Virus record (IMG/VR): IMGVR_UViG_3300037400_004093
Location: 2,591 to 66,590 of that record
Length of the DNA: 64,000 nt
Source: a virus
Taxonomy: Duplodnaviria > Caudoviricetes
Reading direction: 5' to 3' (one strand)
Shown in pieces: positions 27,517 through 37,886 of the stretch (position 1 is the first letter of the stretch; the number at the start of each line of letters is the position of its first letter). The position numbers and the translations under genes are program-made. Under the pieces are notes generated by a model. That model searched no databases and was not told the origin of the DNA. It was given only the letters and a program-made list of their open reading frames with translations.

Positions 27517-29124
27517 ATGGCAAATATTTTAAATAATGATAAAACTAATATATTTTATAAGCCAGATTTGCATCCTGAAAGGAATTATTATTCTGAAGAT
27601 ACATTTATACGGGATATAAAAGATATTATAGTTCCCGATGTAAATCTAGAAACACCTATTAAAGAAGCAAATAAAATAATTAAAGATTTGAAACAGATTA
27701 AAACATTGGTAGGTATATTGCCTAAAGAAGTTCGATTCTTAGATAAAGTACTAGATAAATTAGTAAAAAGAATGGAAGTCGCAATTATAAATAAAGAAAT
27801 TATTCATATTCCTAACCCACCTATTGAAAAACCAGATGAAGTTCAAAAGAAACCGGGTGATAATGATATAAAATCAATATTAGATCATATCGGTGTTGTA
27901 CTATATCCTAAAAATACAATGACTCCAGATAAGATATCTTTATTTCCTGACTCTACTAATATATCTATTTCTATAACTCCACCAAGAAATAATGTACAAA
28001 TAGCTATTAATGAATATAGTAAAAATACATTAGAACTGCAAAAATATTATGTTACTTCAATGCAGATAGCTTTACAGACATATTTTAATCAAATGTTTCA
28101 GATAATGGCTAATGCAAATGTGTCAGATATAGAAACTTTAACTGATGAATTTGATCCTAGTGCTGTCAATGTCAATGATCAAAACTTACAGCATTTAAAA
28201 GATTATATTACTCGTTCTCAAATACAAAGGAATCAAAAGAGTAGATTATTTCAAAAAACACATAATGTAGATCAAGTTATGTTAAATATGAGGAATTGGC
28301 ATGCTGCTGAAAAACAGAAAGAAAAATATTATCAGGAACAGTATAAAGCTGATACATCAAAATACTTAGATAATGAATCAAACGATTTATTAAGAACAAG
28401 TAGACAAGGATATGATAAAGCTTATTCCAATGCTCTATACAATATGTTTAAGTATTTAGATTCTTCTGTTGAAATTACTAATGAAATATTGGATATGACT
28501 GTAAATGAATCAAAAGCTAAAGCGGCATTAGCTGAAGCCGGAGTTGATTTTACAGCGAAAACTCCTGTTAAAGAAGAAAAAGTTAATGAAGAAGATTATA
28601 AAGTTCAATCATGGAGTTCTAATGGTTCAGATACTCAGCCAGCGCAGGATAATAACGATCGTACAAATGGTTCGGCTTCCGATACATCAGAAAATAATTC
28701 ATCGGGCGGGACTGGTTCGGCTAATAGCGACATAATAGAAAAAGCTCTGCAATGGTGTATAGGTATAGCGAACGATAATTCTACTCAGCATCTTTATAGT
28801 CAGGCAGACAGAGATGGACCTAATTATGATTGCACTTCATTGGTTTGTCATGGCCTTATGAATGCTGGATTGAATTTACCTTACGCTTTTGGTGGTGATT
28901 CTTTCAATTCAGATTTATGTCAATATGGATTCGAAGAATTATCTTATCCAGGTGAAAGCGGATTACAGCGTGGAGATATTTTAAGTAATTCTCATCATGT
29001 TGCTTTTTATTTAGGTGGAGGTCAAATGGTACATGCTAGGAGCGCAAAATATCAAGCCGATGAACAGATAGCCGTAACTAATTTTTATGAAGATTGGGAC
29101 TCTATCTTGAGGTATAAAGGATAA
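27517..29124 (+). CDS. putative structural protein with a C-terminal NlpC/P60 peptidoglycan hydrolase
   Basis: GGAG RBS at 27505; Ser/Asn linker; YDCTSLV...LQRGDIL..HHVAFYLGGGQMVHA (Cys/His catalytic pattern). Confidence 0.75.
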   Translation: MANILNNDKTNIFYKPDLHPERNYYSEDTFIRDIKDIIVPDVNLETPIKEANKIIKDLKQIKTLVGILPKEVRFLDKVLDKLVKRMEVAIINKEIIHIPNPPIEKPDEVQKKPGDNDIKSILDHIGVVLYPKNTMTPDKISLFPDSTNISISITPPRNNVQIAINEYSKNTLELQKYYVTSMQIALQTYFNQMFQIMANANVSDIETLTDEFDPSAVNVNDQNLQHLKDYITRSQIQRNQKSRLFQKTHNVDQVMLNMRNWHAAEKQKEKYYQEQYKADTSKYLDNESNDLLRTSRQGYDKAYSNALYNMFKYLDSSVEITNEILDMTVNESKAKAALAEAGVDFTAKTPVKEEKVNEEDYKVQSWSSNGSDTQPAQDNNDRTNGSASDTSENNSSGGTGSANSDIIEKALQWCIGIANDNSTQHLYSQADRDGPNYDCTSLVCHGLMNAGLNLPYAFGGDSFNSDLCQYGFEELSYPGESGLQRGDILSNSHHVAFYLGGGQMVHARSAKYQADEQIAVTNFYEDWDSILRYKG

Positions 29125-29131
29125 AAGGAAG

Positions 29132-31255
29132 GTGCAAAATATAGTGAACTTAACTGATTTAATGTTTTGGCGTAAAAAAGATAAAGAGATAAAAGAAATA
29201 AGTGTCGATGAAGCTGGAGGAAAAAGTTCTGGCGGACAAATTACTTCTTCTAACATAAATAATTTCGTAGTTAAAGCAGTTGGATTTACTGGAGATGATA
29301 ACTCAGATGACTTTACATCTCCAGAAGTAGACTTGTCAGAGATAAAGAATGCCGTAAATGGTGATTCTTATATAAAAATGGCAATATCTAAACAGTCTCA
29401 GCTTATATTTAAAGCTGGATATTCTATTGTTAGTGAAAATGATGCTGCAGCAGAATATTTACGAGGAAGACTCCGAATGATGAGTTTTATGACGGGCACT
29501 CCTACGGATATGTTATTTCAACAAACTGCAGATGATTTAGTTACTTATTCTAATGCTTTTTGGATTAAGTCTAGACAACAGATGAGTAATATAGGAGGAT
29601 TACAAGCAAAAGGAGTATTCGATTCAAATCCTGTATGTGGATATTTTAGAGTAGATCCTGCTACTATAACAATAAAAAGAGATAAAAGTGGAACCATTAA
29701 ACAGTATCAACAGGAAGCGGGTAATAATAAAAAGACGTTTAAACCAACAGATGTGGTTCATTTCTATATAGATAAATCTGGAGGTGCTGCATTCGGTACA
29801 CCAAGAATCATTGCAGCAATAGAGGATGTTAAATTACTTCGTAAAATTGAAGGTAATGTCCTTAATTTAATTTACAGATATTCTTCCCCAACTTATCAGA
29901 TGAAGATAGGTATAGCTGAAGCTGGACTAATGGCTACTGATAAAGAAATTAAAGAAGCACAAAAAGAAGTAGAAAAAATGTCTAATGATGGAATTCTTGT
30001 TACAAATGAAAGAACAGAGTTTAAAGCAATAGGCGCTGATGGTGTAGCATTAGATATAACCGGATATCTTTCTTATTTTGAGAAAAGAGTTTTCTCCGCT
30101 TTAAATTCTTCTGAATCTATGATGGGAAGAGGTGGAGCAAAACAAGATGCTGACTCCATGGAAGAACAAATACATGACACCGTTAAATATTATCAATTCT
30201 GTTTTTCTACTATAATTAGAGAACTCGTATTTAATGAACTACTTCTTGAAGGTGGATATAATCCTATAGCAAATGAACAAGATATTTGTAGTTTTGCTTT
30301 CAATGAGATAAATAATGAAACAAGAGTTAAGATGGAAACTCATGCCTTAAATCAATTCCAAGGTAATTGTATTACCTTTGAAGAAATGAGGAAGCTTACA
30401 GGCAGAAGAGCTGATAATGTTGATGAATCTAGGCTTTATGCTAATCAAATTCAAACGCCTAATGCTATATCATTAATTCAAGCAAAAATGGGTGGCAATA
30501 CGGGCAATTCAGATAACCAAAATGCAAATACAGGCCCAGATAAAAAGATAAAAGATAATTCAGGGACAGTAAAAAACACTATTGAACCAGAAAATAAAAA
30601 TGGCAAAAGTTCTGTTCACATAAAAGAAAATTTAGATAAAGATATATTAGAATCGAATAAAGATAGTAATATAATTACGAAAGAAAATATAGACAATTAC
30701 AAAAAAAATTTTAAAAACATAGATAAAAGATATAATTCTTTGCGTAATGATATATGTGAACATGGCAATAGCTATGCAACATTAGCCATAGCAAGAGACG
30801 GTATCGTAAAAGAATTAAAAGAATATACCGCTATTAAAGTGCAAGAAGGTATAAATAAAGCAATTAAAGATAGTGGTGAAAAAGATTTTGCAATAAATAA
30901 ATTATCTATGTCTTTAATAGATGATAAAATAGACGAAATTAGTAAATCTATCTTTAAAGATATAAATAAAAAGATAAAAAAAGCAAATAATCGGCAAGAG
31001 AAAGAAGCCGTGTTTGATTCTATAGAATATCGTTTAAGATTTTTAACGGAACATATCGTAGATAAAAGTTATTGGTATGGATACATTAAAACATGCCAGC
31101 AATTAAAAATTAATAAAATTTATGTAAATTTTGGAAAGAGCAATGATAAAGACAAGTATGAGCGGGTAATAAATACTAGTAGCTTCATTTTAGAAGATAT
31201 TCCGCCATTTCATGCATATTGCACTTGTAAATTGTCGCTCAACGACAAAAATTAG
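29132..31255 (+). CDS. portal protein with a MuF-like C-terminal extension
   Basis: Position after terL; FGTPRIIAAIEDV portal-like segment; ends IPPFHAYCTC. Confidence 0.8.
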   Translation: MQNIVNLTDLMFWRKKDKEIKEISVDEAGGKSSGGQITSSNINNFVVKAVGFTGDDNSDDFTSPEVDLSEIKNAVNGDSYIKMAISKQSQLIFKAGYSIVSENDAAAEYLRGRLRMMSFMTGTPTDMLFQQTADDLVTYSNAFWIKSRQQMSNIGGLQAKGVFDSNPVCGYFRVDPATITIKRDKSGTIKQYQQEAGNNKKTFKPTDVVHFYIDKSGGAAFGTPRIIAAIEDVKLLRKIEGNVLNLIYRYSSPTYQMKIGIAEAGLMATDKEIKEAQKEVEKMSNDGILVTNERTEFKAIGADGVALDITGYLSYFEKRVFSALNSSESMMGRGGAKQDADSMEEQIHDTVKYYQFCFSTIIRELVFNELLLEGGYNPIANEQDICSFAFNEINNETRVKMETHALNQFQGNCITFEEMRKLTGRRADNVDESRLYANQIQTPNAISLIQAKMGGNTGNSDNQNANTGPDKKIKDNSGTVKNTIEPENKNGKSSVHIKENLDKDILESNKDSNIITKENIDNYKKNFKNIDKRYNSLRNDICEHGNSYATLAIARDGIVKELKEYTAIKVQEGINKAIKDSGEKDFAINKLSMSLIDDKIDEISKSIFKDINKKIKKANNRQEKEAVFDSIEYRLRFLTEHIVDKSYWYGYIKTCQQLKINKIYVNFGKSNDKDKYERVINTSSFILEDIPPFHAYCTCKLSLNDKN

Positions 31256-31259
31256 GTAG

Positions 31260-32651
31260 GTGATAAGTAGCAAAATGGCTTTAATGATTCAAGAATATAC
31301 TGATGGTTCTAAGTTTAATTATCAGTTCGTAGAAAATAATGCTGTAGAAAATTTTAAAAATGCAGGATTAAATATAGCTGAAGCTTCAAATGATGATCCA
31401 GTAGATCCTAATTCTTTGATGGTAGATATCGAAGGTATTCATGCTTATCCGCATGCTACCAGAAATTTTACTAGATATATGCCAGAATGCCTGAAGAAAA
31501 GCGTCAATTCATGGACTAAGCCTTACAGAAGGCCTCTAATAAAGCATCATAACGAAAAGAACAGTCCAATAATTGGTCGTGTAATTTCAGCAGCATACAA
31601 AGAAGATAATACTTTGTCAGGAACTCCTGCTTTATTATTTACAGCAAATGTTCCTGATGAAAAAGCAATGGAAGAAATCAAAAATGGTACTGAAAGCACT
31701 GTATCTATTGGAGTAATTGCCTATGATGTACGTTGCAGTATTTGTGGCGGACAAATAAATGAAGAAGGTAGATGTGCAGAAGACCATGAAAGAGGTAATA
31801 AATATGGTAGCGAAATATGTTACTGGGACATGTACAATATTGAAGCAAAAGAATTAAGTTATGTAATTGTGCCTAGCGATGTATACGCTAAAAATGTAAA
31901 GATTTATCCTGCAACTTCGACATCAAAAACGCCGGCTCAAGTTTCTGAGGGGCTAGATGTTAACATAAAAAATAAAATTAAAGAAGGAGACAATAAAATG
32001 GCAGATAATGGAAAGTCAGCAGAATTAGTTGCTGCAGAAGCACAGATTGCTGATTTACAGAAGCAAGTTAATGAAAATTCCTCAGAACTTGCAAGTATGA
32101 AAGTCGTAAAAGAAAATTTAGAAAAGCAGATCAAGAATCTTGAAGAATCCGTTAATGGATATAAGAAAGATATTGAGAACGCTAATTCCGTTAAAGAAAG
32201 TCTTGAGAATAAGATTGCTGATTTGAATAAGGAAATTGAAAATATGAAATCAGCAGAAGCAGAAGCTAAGACTATGCGTGAAGGTCTTGAAACTGCATTA
32301 GCAGATAGTAAGGTTGCTGCTAAGGAAAGTCTTATCGATACAGCTCAGGCTTGGAGAAAGATTCTTGGTAAGAAAGAATATGAAGCTGATGATATCAAGA
32401 ATCGTTCTGAAGAAGCAATTCGTTGTTCTATTAAGGATATGAAGGAAGAATTCTCTGAGAAAGGTCAGAAAGTAGAAGAAGGCGTTCAAGATACTTCTAT
32501 TCCACAGCAGATTTCTTCTCCAGCAATTGTAGATAATACTGGTTCTGGTATTAATACAAAAGAAAGTGCTGAAAATGATGAAGAGCCTATCGATTTAGAA
32601 GCAGGCATTCAGAATATCTTTAGTAATATTATGTCCCATTATGGACGTTAA
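31260..32651 (+). CDS. prohead protease/scaffold fusion
   Basis: KHHN..IGRV, TVSIG, CSICG, ELSYVIVPSD followed by a long coiled coil. Confidence 0.8.
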   Translation: MISSKMALMIQEYTDGSKFNYQFVENNAVENFKNAGLNIAEASNDDPVDPNSLMVDIEGIHAYPHATRNFTRYMPECLKKSVNSWTKPYRRPLIKHHNEKNSPIIGRVISAAYKEDNTLSGTPALLFTANVPDEKAMEEIKNGTESTVSIGVIAYDVRCSICGGQINEEGRCAEDHERGNKYGSEICYWDMYNIEAKELSYVIVPSDVYAKNVKIYPATSTSKTPAQVSEGLDVNIKNKIKEGDNKMADNGKSAELVAAEAQIADLQKQVNENSSELASMKVVKENLEKQIKNLEESVNGYKKDIENANSVKESLENKIADLNKEIENMKSAEAEAKTMREGLETALADSKVAAKESLIDTAQAWRKILGKKEYEADDIKNRSEEAIRCSIKDMKEEFSEKGQKVEEGVQDTSIPQQISSPAIVDNTGSGINTKESAENDEEPIDLEAGIQNIFSNIMSHYGR

Positions 32652-32677
32652 TCATTAATTTATAGGAGGAAGATATA

Positions 32678-34318
32678 ATGGCATTACAGCCTAGTAATTA
32701 TAGCACTCAGGAACGTCTTCAGCCAGGTGCTCGTGGTGAAATTTTCAATCCTAGCCTTCCTGGATATAGAGATGGTGCAGATAGATTAAATCGTACTCAG
32801 AATTTCATGAATGTGTCTGAGCATGATGTTCCTAATATTAAGTATGAGTTCGATAATCGTTTACCTGTTTTATTTAAGTATGGTTTTGGTTATGGTTTTA
32901 ACCAAATGGTAATTCCAAAGGGTAGAATCGTAGCTGCCGACCAGAATATGAATCTGGTGGATTTTGAATCTCAGAAAGAATATAATACTTTAACACTCGC
33001 AAATGGCGGTGCGCCTGTGCGTTTGCGTGTAGATACTGATAAGTATAAAAATTCTTCTGGTTCTGCTACTGCTTTGGTATCTACTGCATCTCAGGGCAGA
33101 GAAGTAATGAATCCTAAGAAAGATTGGATTCCTGTTCAGGGCATGGAAACTTCCTATACTGATCAGTTCTATCGTCCATTTGCTAAGCCAGTAAGTGATT
33201 CTGGTTCTGTAGCTGAATTTTATGGTGCAGCTGCCCAGTTAACCGATGCTGGTTATACTGTTGATGCAAAGACTGGTAAAGTAGCTAAAGATGGTAAGAC
33301 AGTTGATAATGTTCGTTCCGGTAACCTTCCATTGGGTGTATTACAGCGTAATGAATATACTCGTGATGAGGATGCATTTAATGGCATTATGCCTGGCCCA
33401 ATTCTTACTGATTCCATGATCGAGATTCCATGGTTCGCTTATAAAGATAAGGCTGAGATGAATCCTTGGGGTTCTGCATATGGTGCATTTACTCCAGGTG
33501 CAATGGTTAAGTCTGATGAAAATGGTCGATTCACTATTTCTCCTCTTTCTTCTGAAGCTGCTGTTGCATCTATGTCTTTAGCAGAATATGAGAAGGAACG
33601 TCAGCAGGTAGTTGGCACTATCTATTCCGTTAATAAGAATTTAATTCCTGAAGGTGCAGCTGTATGGGCAGAATGGGCACTCGAAGATAAGTTAAATTGG
33701 GAAGGTTTCAATCCTGCAATTTATGCTAAGAATAACCGTCGTGGTGAAGATGCAGTAAATAGCTCCCCATTTAATTCTGAGGGTAAGTATCCTGGTTATC
33801 CATTTGATAAGAATTATCTGAACCATGATTTACATATGTTAGCATCCGTAGGTCGTCGTGATAACTATGATCCACGTATGAATAATGAATTCCGTTATGG
33901 TGAGATGGGTATTCCTGGTCTTACCGATGGTAAGAATGTAGCTGTTAGAGATGTAGCACCTTACAAGGCTGGCATTATTCATTCTACTACCGCAGAGTAT
34001 ATTGATCAGTTCTTCCGTACCCTTGATGTAGATATTGATGCTAATTCCTTACAGATTGCCATCGGCGATGATGCATTTACTAACTGTATCGTTGGTGCAG
34101 AATTGCATGACGCATTCCGTGTTAAGTATGCTTCTGAATTACAGGGTATTATTACTATTGAAATTTTTGATAAGGCGAAGGCAGATGCATTCTTAGCTTC
34201 TTATCCAAACGGTGCAGAAGTTAAGTTCAAATACAAGATGCGTGGTCTTGTAGGAGTGCCTACATTCATGGACTGGGATGGCTGCTGCGGTAGCGTAAAA
34301 ATTTTATTACAGAAGTAA
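32678..34318 (+). CDS. head structural/decoration protein
   Basis: Between scaffold and MCP, AGGAGG RBS, codon bias typical of highly expressed genes. Confidence 0.55.
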   Translation: MALQPSNYSTQERLQPGARGEIFNPSLPGYRDGADRLNRTQNFMNVSEHDVPNIKYEFDNRLPVLFKYGFGYGFNQMVIPKGRIVAADQNMNLVDFESQKEYNTLTLANGGAPVRLRVDTDKYKNSSGSATALVSTASQGREVMNPKKDWIPVQGMETSYTDQFYRPFAKPVSDSGSVAEFYGAAAQLTDAGYTVDAKTGKVAKDGKTVDNVRSGNLPLGVLQRNEYTRDEDAFNGIMPGPILTDSMIEIPWFAYKDKAEMNPWGSAYGAFTPGAMVKSDENGRFTISPLSSEAAVASMSLAEYEKERQQVVGTIYSVNKNLIPEGAAVWAEWALEDKLNWEGFNPAIYAKNNRRGEDAVNSSPFNSEGKYPGYPFDKNYLNHDLHMLASVGRRDNYDPRMNNEFRYGEMGIPGLTDGKNVAVRDVAPYKAGIIHSTTAEYIDQFFRTLDVDIDANSLQIAIGDDAFTNCIVGAELHDAFRVKYASELQGIITIEIFDKAKADAFLASYPNGAEVKFKYKMRGLVGVPTFMDWDGCCGSVKILLQK

Positions 34319-34455
34319 TATTATATAGAAAAATAAATAGCGTAATATATTTAATGTAAATTTGATTTTACTCGGGGTGTAGAGAGGAAGTATACGAAAG
34401 CTTCCTCACACCCAACTATATAGATTTAATCCAAAATAATAAGGAGGAAAATTTC

Positions 34456-35712
34456 GTGGCATTAAACATGAAAGAAGCACTTGAAAACATCGATAAGCTT
34501 CGTAAAGCTGCAGTTGCTCAGCAGGAAGCTTATGATGCTGGCAAGAGTAAGAATAAGCCATCTATAAAGCCTGGTACTTTTGATACTATGGAAAAGATGG
34601 TACGTAATATGAATGGTGATTTTAGTAAGGGCCGTACTACTGTATCTGAATCCCTTATGTCTACCGATACAATTAAGTTAATCCCTAAGGTTATTGAAGG
34701 TCAGCTTCGTGAAGCAGCAGAACCAGAACTTTTATCTACTCGATTCATGAATACTATTCATGTAGAGGGTGGTGCTTCTACTGTATTCGTTATTCCTGTT
34801 GTCGGAGAACTTCGTGCAAGTGAAGTATCTGAGGGCGGCCGTTACAATGAAGACAGCGTAGACATCAATACCATCGAAAACGGAACTCTCGAAGTTCGTG
34901 TTAAGAAGATTGGTTTGAAGGTATCTATTACTGAAGAAGCTATTTCTGATTCCGGTTGGGACATTTACGGTATTAATGTTCGTAAGATGGGTACCGCTAT
35001 GGGTCGTTATAAGGATCAGTGGGGCTTCCAGTCTTTCTCTACTCATGGTCATGTAATTTTTGATAATGCTTTACGCGAACAGGTTCCAGAAGCTGGTACT
35101 ACTGGTCGTGATTCTCACGGTAACTTCAATGATACTTTATCTACTGAAGATTTCCTTGATTTGAGCCTTGCTATTATGGGTGAAGGAATGAATCCTACTG
35201 ATGTTATTATGCATCCACTGTGTTGGACTGTATTCGCTAGAAATTCTATGATCGGTAATGGTTTAAGCTATGGTGCTCTTGGTGGACAGAATGTTCATCC
35301 TTGGGGTGCAACTCAGGGTACTCCTGGTTTCGCAGGTTTGCAAGCTGATATTGGACCTCAGAAGATAATTATGCGTCCAGAAGATGTCCAGGGTCGTCTG
35401 CCAATGCCTATGACTATTAATTTCAGTCACAATGTACGTTTCGATAAGCAGAATAAGAATTTCGATATGTACATTATTGATAGAGCTAATGTAGGTGTTA
35501 TCGTAGAGAAGGAAGCATTAACTACTGATAACTGGACTGATCCAGAGAGAGATATCCGTCTTTTGAAGGTTAAGGAACGTTATGGTATTGGTATTGTAGA
35601 AAATGGTAAGGGTATTTCCGTAGCACGTAATATTGCACTCGCTCCTACTTATCCTGTTCCACCTACTGTTAATATTAATGCAACTCTTCCAGAAGGGACA
35701 ACTCTTCCCTGA
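34456..35712 (+). CDS. major capsid protein
   Basis: HK97-like pattern (ELRASEVSEG, KKIGLKVSITEEAISD, KERYGIG); strong RBS; terminator follows. Confidence 0.85.
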   Translation: MALNMKEALENIDKLRKAAVAQQEAYDAGKSKNKPSIKPGTFDTMEKMVRNMNGDFSKGRTTVSESLMSTDTIKLIPKVIEGQLREAAEPELLSTRFMNTIHVEGGASTVFVIPVVGELRASEVSEGGRYNEDSVDINTIENGTLEVRVKKIGLKVSITEEAISDSGWDIYGINVRKMGTAMGRYKDQWGFQSFSTHGHVIFDNALREQVPEAGTTGRDSHGNFNDTLSTEDFLDLSLAIMGEGMNPTDVIMHPLCWTVFARNSMIGNGLSYGALGGQNVHPWGATQGTPGFAGLQADIGPQKIIMRPEDVQGRLPMPMTINFSHNVRFDKQNKNFDMYIIDRANVGVIVEKEALTTDNWTDPERDIRLLKVKERYGIGIVENGKGISVARNIALAPTYPVPPTVNINATLPEGTTLP

Positions 35713-35751
35713 TCAGGAAATTAATATATAAAAATATTAAATAATGCCTTT

Positions 35752-35788
35752 TGGGGCGACTGCTTAAAAAGGTCGCCCCAATTTTTTT
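35752..35788 (+). terminator. intrinsic terminator after MCP
   Basis: TGGGGCGAC/GTCGCCCCA stem plus T7. Confidence 0.8.
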
Positions 35789-35818
35789 AAGAAAAATAAG
35801 GAAAGGAAGTCTATATAC

Positions 35819-36382
35819 GTGAAAGACTCAAGAAAAATTATTGCAGAAATTAGACTTGCTCCAGGGCAGGTCGGTTATTATGATGAATTAAGCAGAATTC
35901 ACCTTACTTTAGCAGAACCTCAGAGACCAGTATATGCAGGAACCAATTGTACAAGACTTAGAAGAAGTGTTAAAAATGGTTGTCTTCAGTTAGTATCAGG
36001 AACATTTGGCCCAGAACCTTCTCCTTTTAAGCTAGTTAAGAAAAATAATACTTTTTATGTAGTATCTAAGAGTAAAAAGGAATTCAATAAGGAAATAAAT
36101 AAAGTATCAGAAAAAGAAATGGCTAGCGTTATCCCTGAAGCTAAAGTAACAGAAGTAATCCCAGAAGCAAAAGCTATTGAAGAAATAACTCCAGAAAAAG
36201 TAACCATTAAAGAAGAAGTTAAAGAAGACAATACTCAGATTGAAGAAGCTACAGTAGATGTAGAAACGAAAGAAGAAGTAACTTCTGAGACTGTAGAAAC
36301 GACAGAAAACGAAGAAGATGCTACAAAAACTTCAAAGAAGCGTCGTGGTAAAAAGAGTAAGACTGCCGAGGCAGATAAGTAA
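35819..36382 (+). CDS. putative head-associated protein with an acidic/basic tail
   Basis: 187 aa directly after MCP. Confidence 0.55.
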   Translation: MKDSRKIIAEIRLAPGQVGYYDELSRIHLTLAEPQRPVYAGTNCTRLRRSVKNGCLQLVSGTFGPEPSPFKLVKKNNTFYVVSKSKKEFNKEINKVSEKEMASVIPEAKVTEVIPEAKAIEEITPEKVTIKEEVKEDNTQIEEATVDVETKEEVTSETVETTENEEDATKTSKKRRGKKSKTAEADK

Positions 36383-36384
36383 TT

Positions 36385-37575
36385 ATGGCTAATATAACTT
36401 TTAGCATAACTGACTTTTTTACAAGTTTAAAAAATAAAAGAATCATTCTGCGTTGTAACAGAGATATAGATTCTGACACAGTTACTTCTCAAAATATAAT
36501 AGTTTTAAATAAGACTGCTAATAGATATGAGATAGTAGAAATTGATGTAGATGGACCTCATATTTTAATCACTTTAAAAGATTGGCCACAACCTAAAGAT
36601 GAATATATGTTAATTATCCAAGGTAAGATTCAATCAATTATTGGTGAGGAATTACAAAGTGGTTTAATTAGAAACTTCATATTTGATTCGGAAGTTATTT
36701 CAGATATAAAGATAATACGGCCTTCTAATTTTGAGCGTATTAATTCTTTAAAAATTGAATGGAAAGAAACTGGAGATAAGTTAGAAAATAATTATTACTT
36801 AGAAATCTCTAAAGAAAATGCCTTTTATAACTTAGAATTTAAAACGGAAATTTCTGGTAAAAACGAAATAGAATTATTTGATACCTTAGAAAAAGGACAA
36901 TATTATATTAGAATCCGCGCCCAGAATGAAGAATACTATGGCCGTTGGAGTGATATTGTTACTTTCTTATGGGACAATTCTGTCAAATCAGATACTAATA
37001 CTGAAGATAATAAAGATTCCAATGAAGACAATAAATCTGAAGAAGACACAAAAAATCCTGATGACAGTGAGCCAGATGAAGATCTTTCTGATGATGAAAA
37101 TTCATCTCCGGATTTAGAAGAAACAGAAACTCCAGGAGATACACCTGGATCTTCCGAAGAAGATCCTAGTGACGATTCAGAAGAATCAACAAGTGAAGAA
37201 AATAAAAATAATTCGGATGAAAATGAAGAAACTTCAGATAAAGACGAAGATGTCTCTATAGGAGACGATAGCGATGAAGAACCAAAAGATAAAGATGAAA
37301 CACCTGGAATTTCAGGAGATGATAACGAAGATGAAGATAAAGAAGACTCAACTGGAATTATTGTCCCTGAGGATAAAACAGATGAAATTGAATCTGGAGA
37401 ACCGGATGTTGAAATAGATGATGATGCTTTTATCCATGAAAATATCAAGGAATTAATTATTGAAGATCTTCCAGCAAATGGAATAACGCCAAAAGAAGGA
37501 TTTACCTTTGTTTTTAATGACGACATAGATATTTCAGAATTAAAAATAACTGTATATAGGAGTGATTTCGATTGA
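36385..37575 (+). CDS. Ig/FN3-domain protein with a long Asp/Glu-rich insert
   Basis: IEWKE...YYLEIS...GQYYIRIRAQN..YGRWSD FN3 signature. Confidence 0.6.
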   Translation: MANITFSITDFFTSLKNKRIILRCNRDIDSDTVTSQNIIVLNKTANRYEIVEIDVDGPHILITLKDWPQPKDEYMLIIQGKIQSIIGEELQSGLIRNFIFDSEVISDIKIIRPSNFERINSLKIEWKETGDKLENNYYLEISKENAFYNLEFKTEISGKNEIELFDTLEKGQYYIRIRAQNEEYYGRWSDIVTFLWDNSVKSDTNTEDNKDSNEDNKSEEDTKNPDDSEPDEDLSDDENSSPDLEETETPGDTPGSSEEDPSDDSEESTSEENKNNSDENEETSDKDEDVSIGDDSDEEPKDKDETPGISGDDNEDEDKEDSTGIIVPEDKTDEIESGEPDVEIDDDAFIHENIKELIIEDLPANGITPKEGFTFVFNDDIDISELKITVYRSDFD

Positions 37576-37877
37576 TATTAGATAGAAATATTATTAAAAA
37601 TTTTGAGCAGAATAAAGAAATAGAAGCTAGTAAAGAAATCATTTCTGCTTCTATGGCTAAATCTTTAACAGAAAATTATTGGAAAGATAAAGGTTTAGAT
37701 TTTAAAGGTCAAATTCTAGATTCTATTTTTTACAACATAAATAATGCTATACAAGAAGGTATCCCATATTGCACTTTTAAAAACGATAAGTTAAATAAAA
37801 ATTATATAGATTATTTAGAAAAGTTAGGATACAAAGTTGATAAAACTGCTTCAGGTATATTAATTAATTGGAGTTGA
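37572..37877 (+). CDS. hypothetical protein
   Basis: 101 aa, overlapping TTG start. Confidence 0.55.
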   Translation: MILDRNIIKNFEQNKEIEASKEIISASMAKSLTENYWKDKGLDFKGQILDSIFYNINNAIQEGIPYCTFKNDKLNKNYIDYLEKLGYKVDKTASGILINWS

Positions 37878-37886
37878 TAACTTTAT

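Noticed and set aside
36936-37526. 196-aa Ser-rich minus-strand ORF
   Set aside because: Shadow of the Asp/Glu-rich tract on the plus strand.
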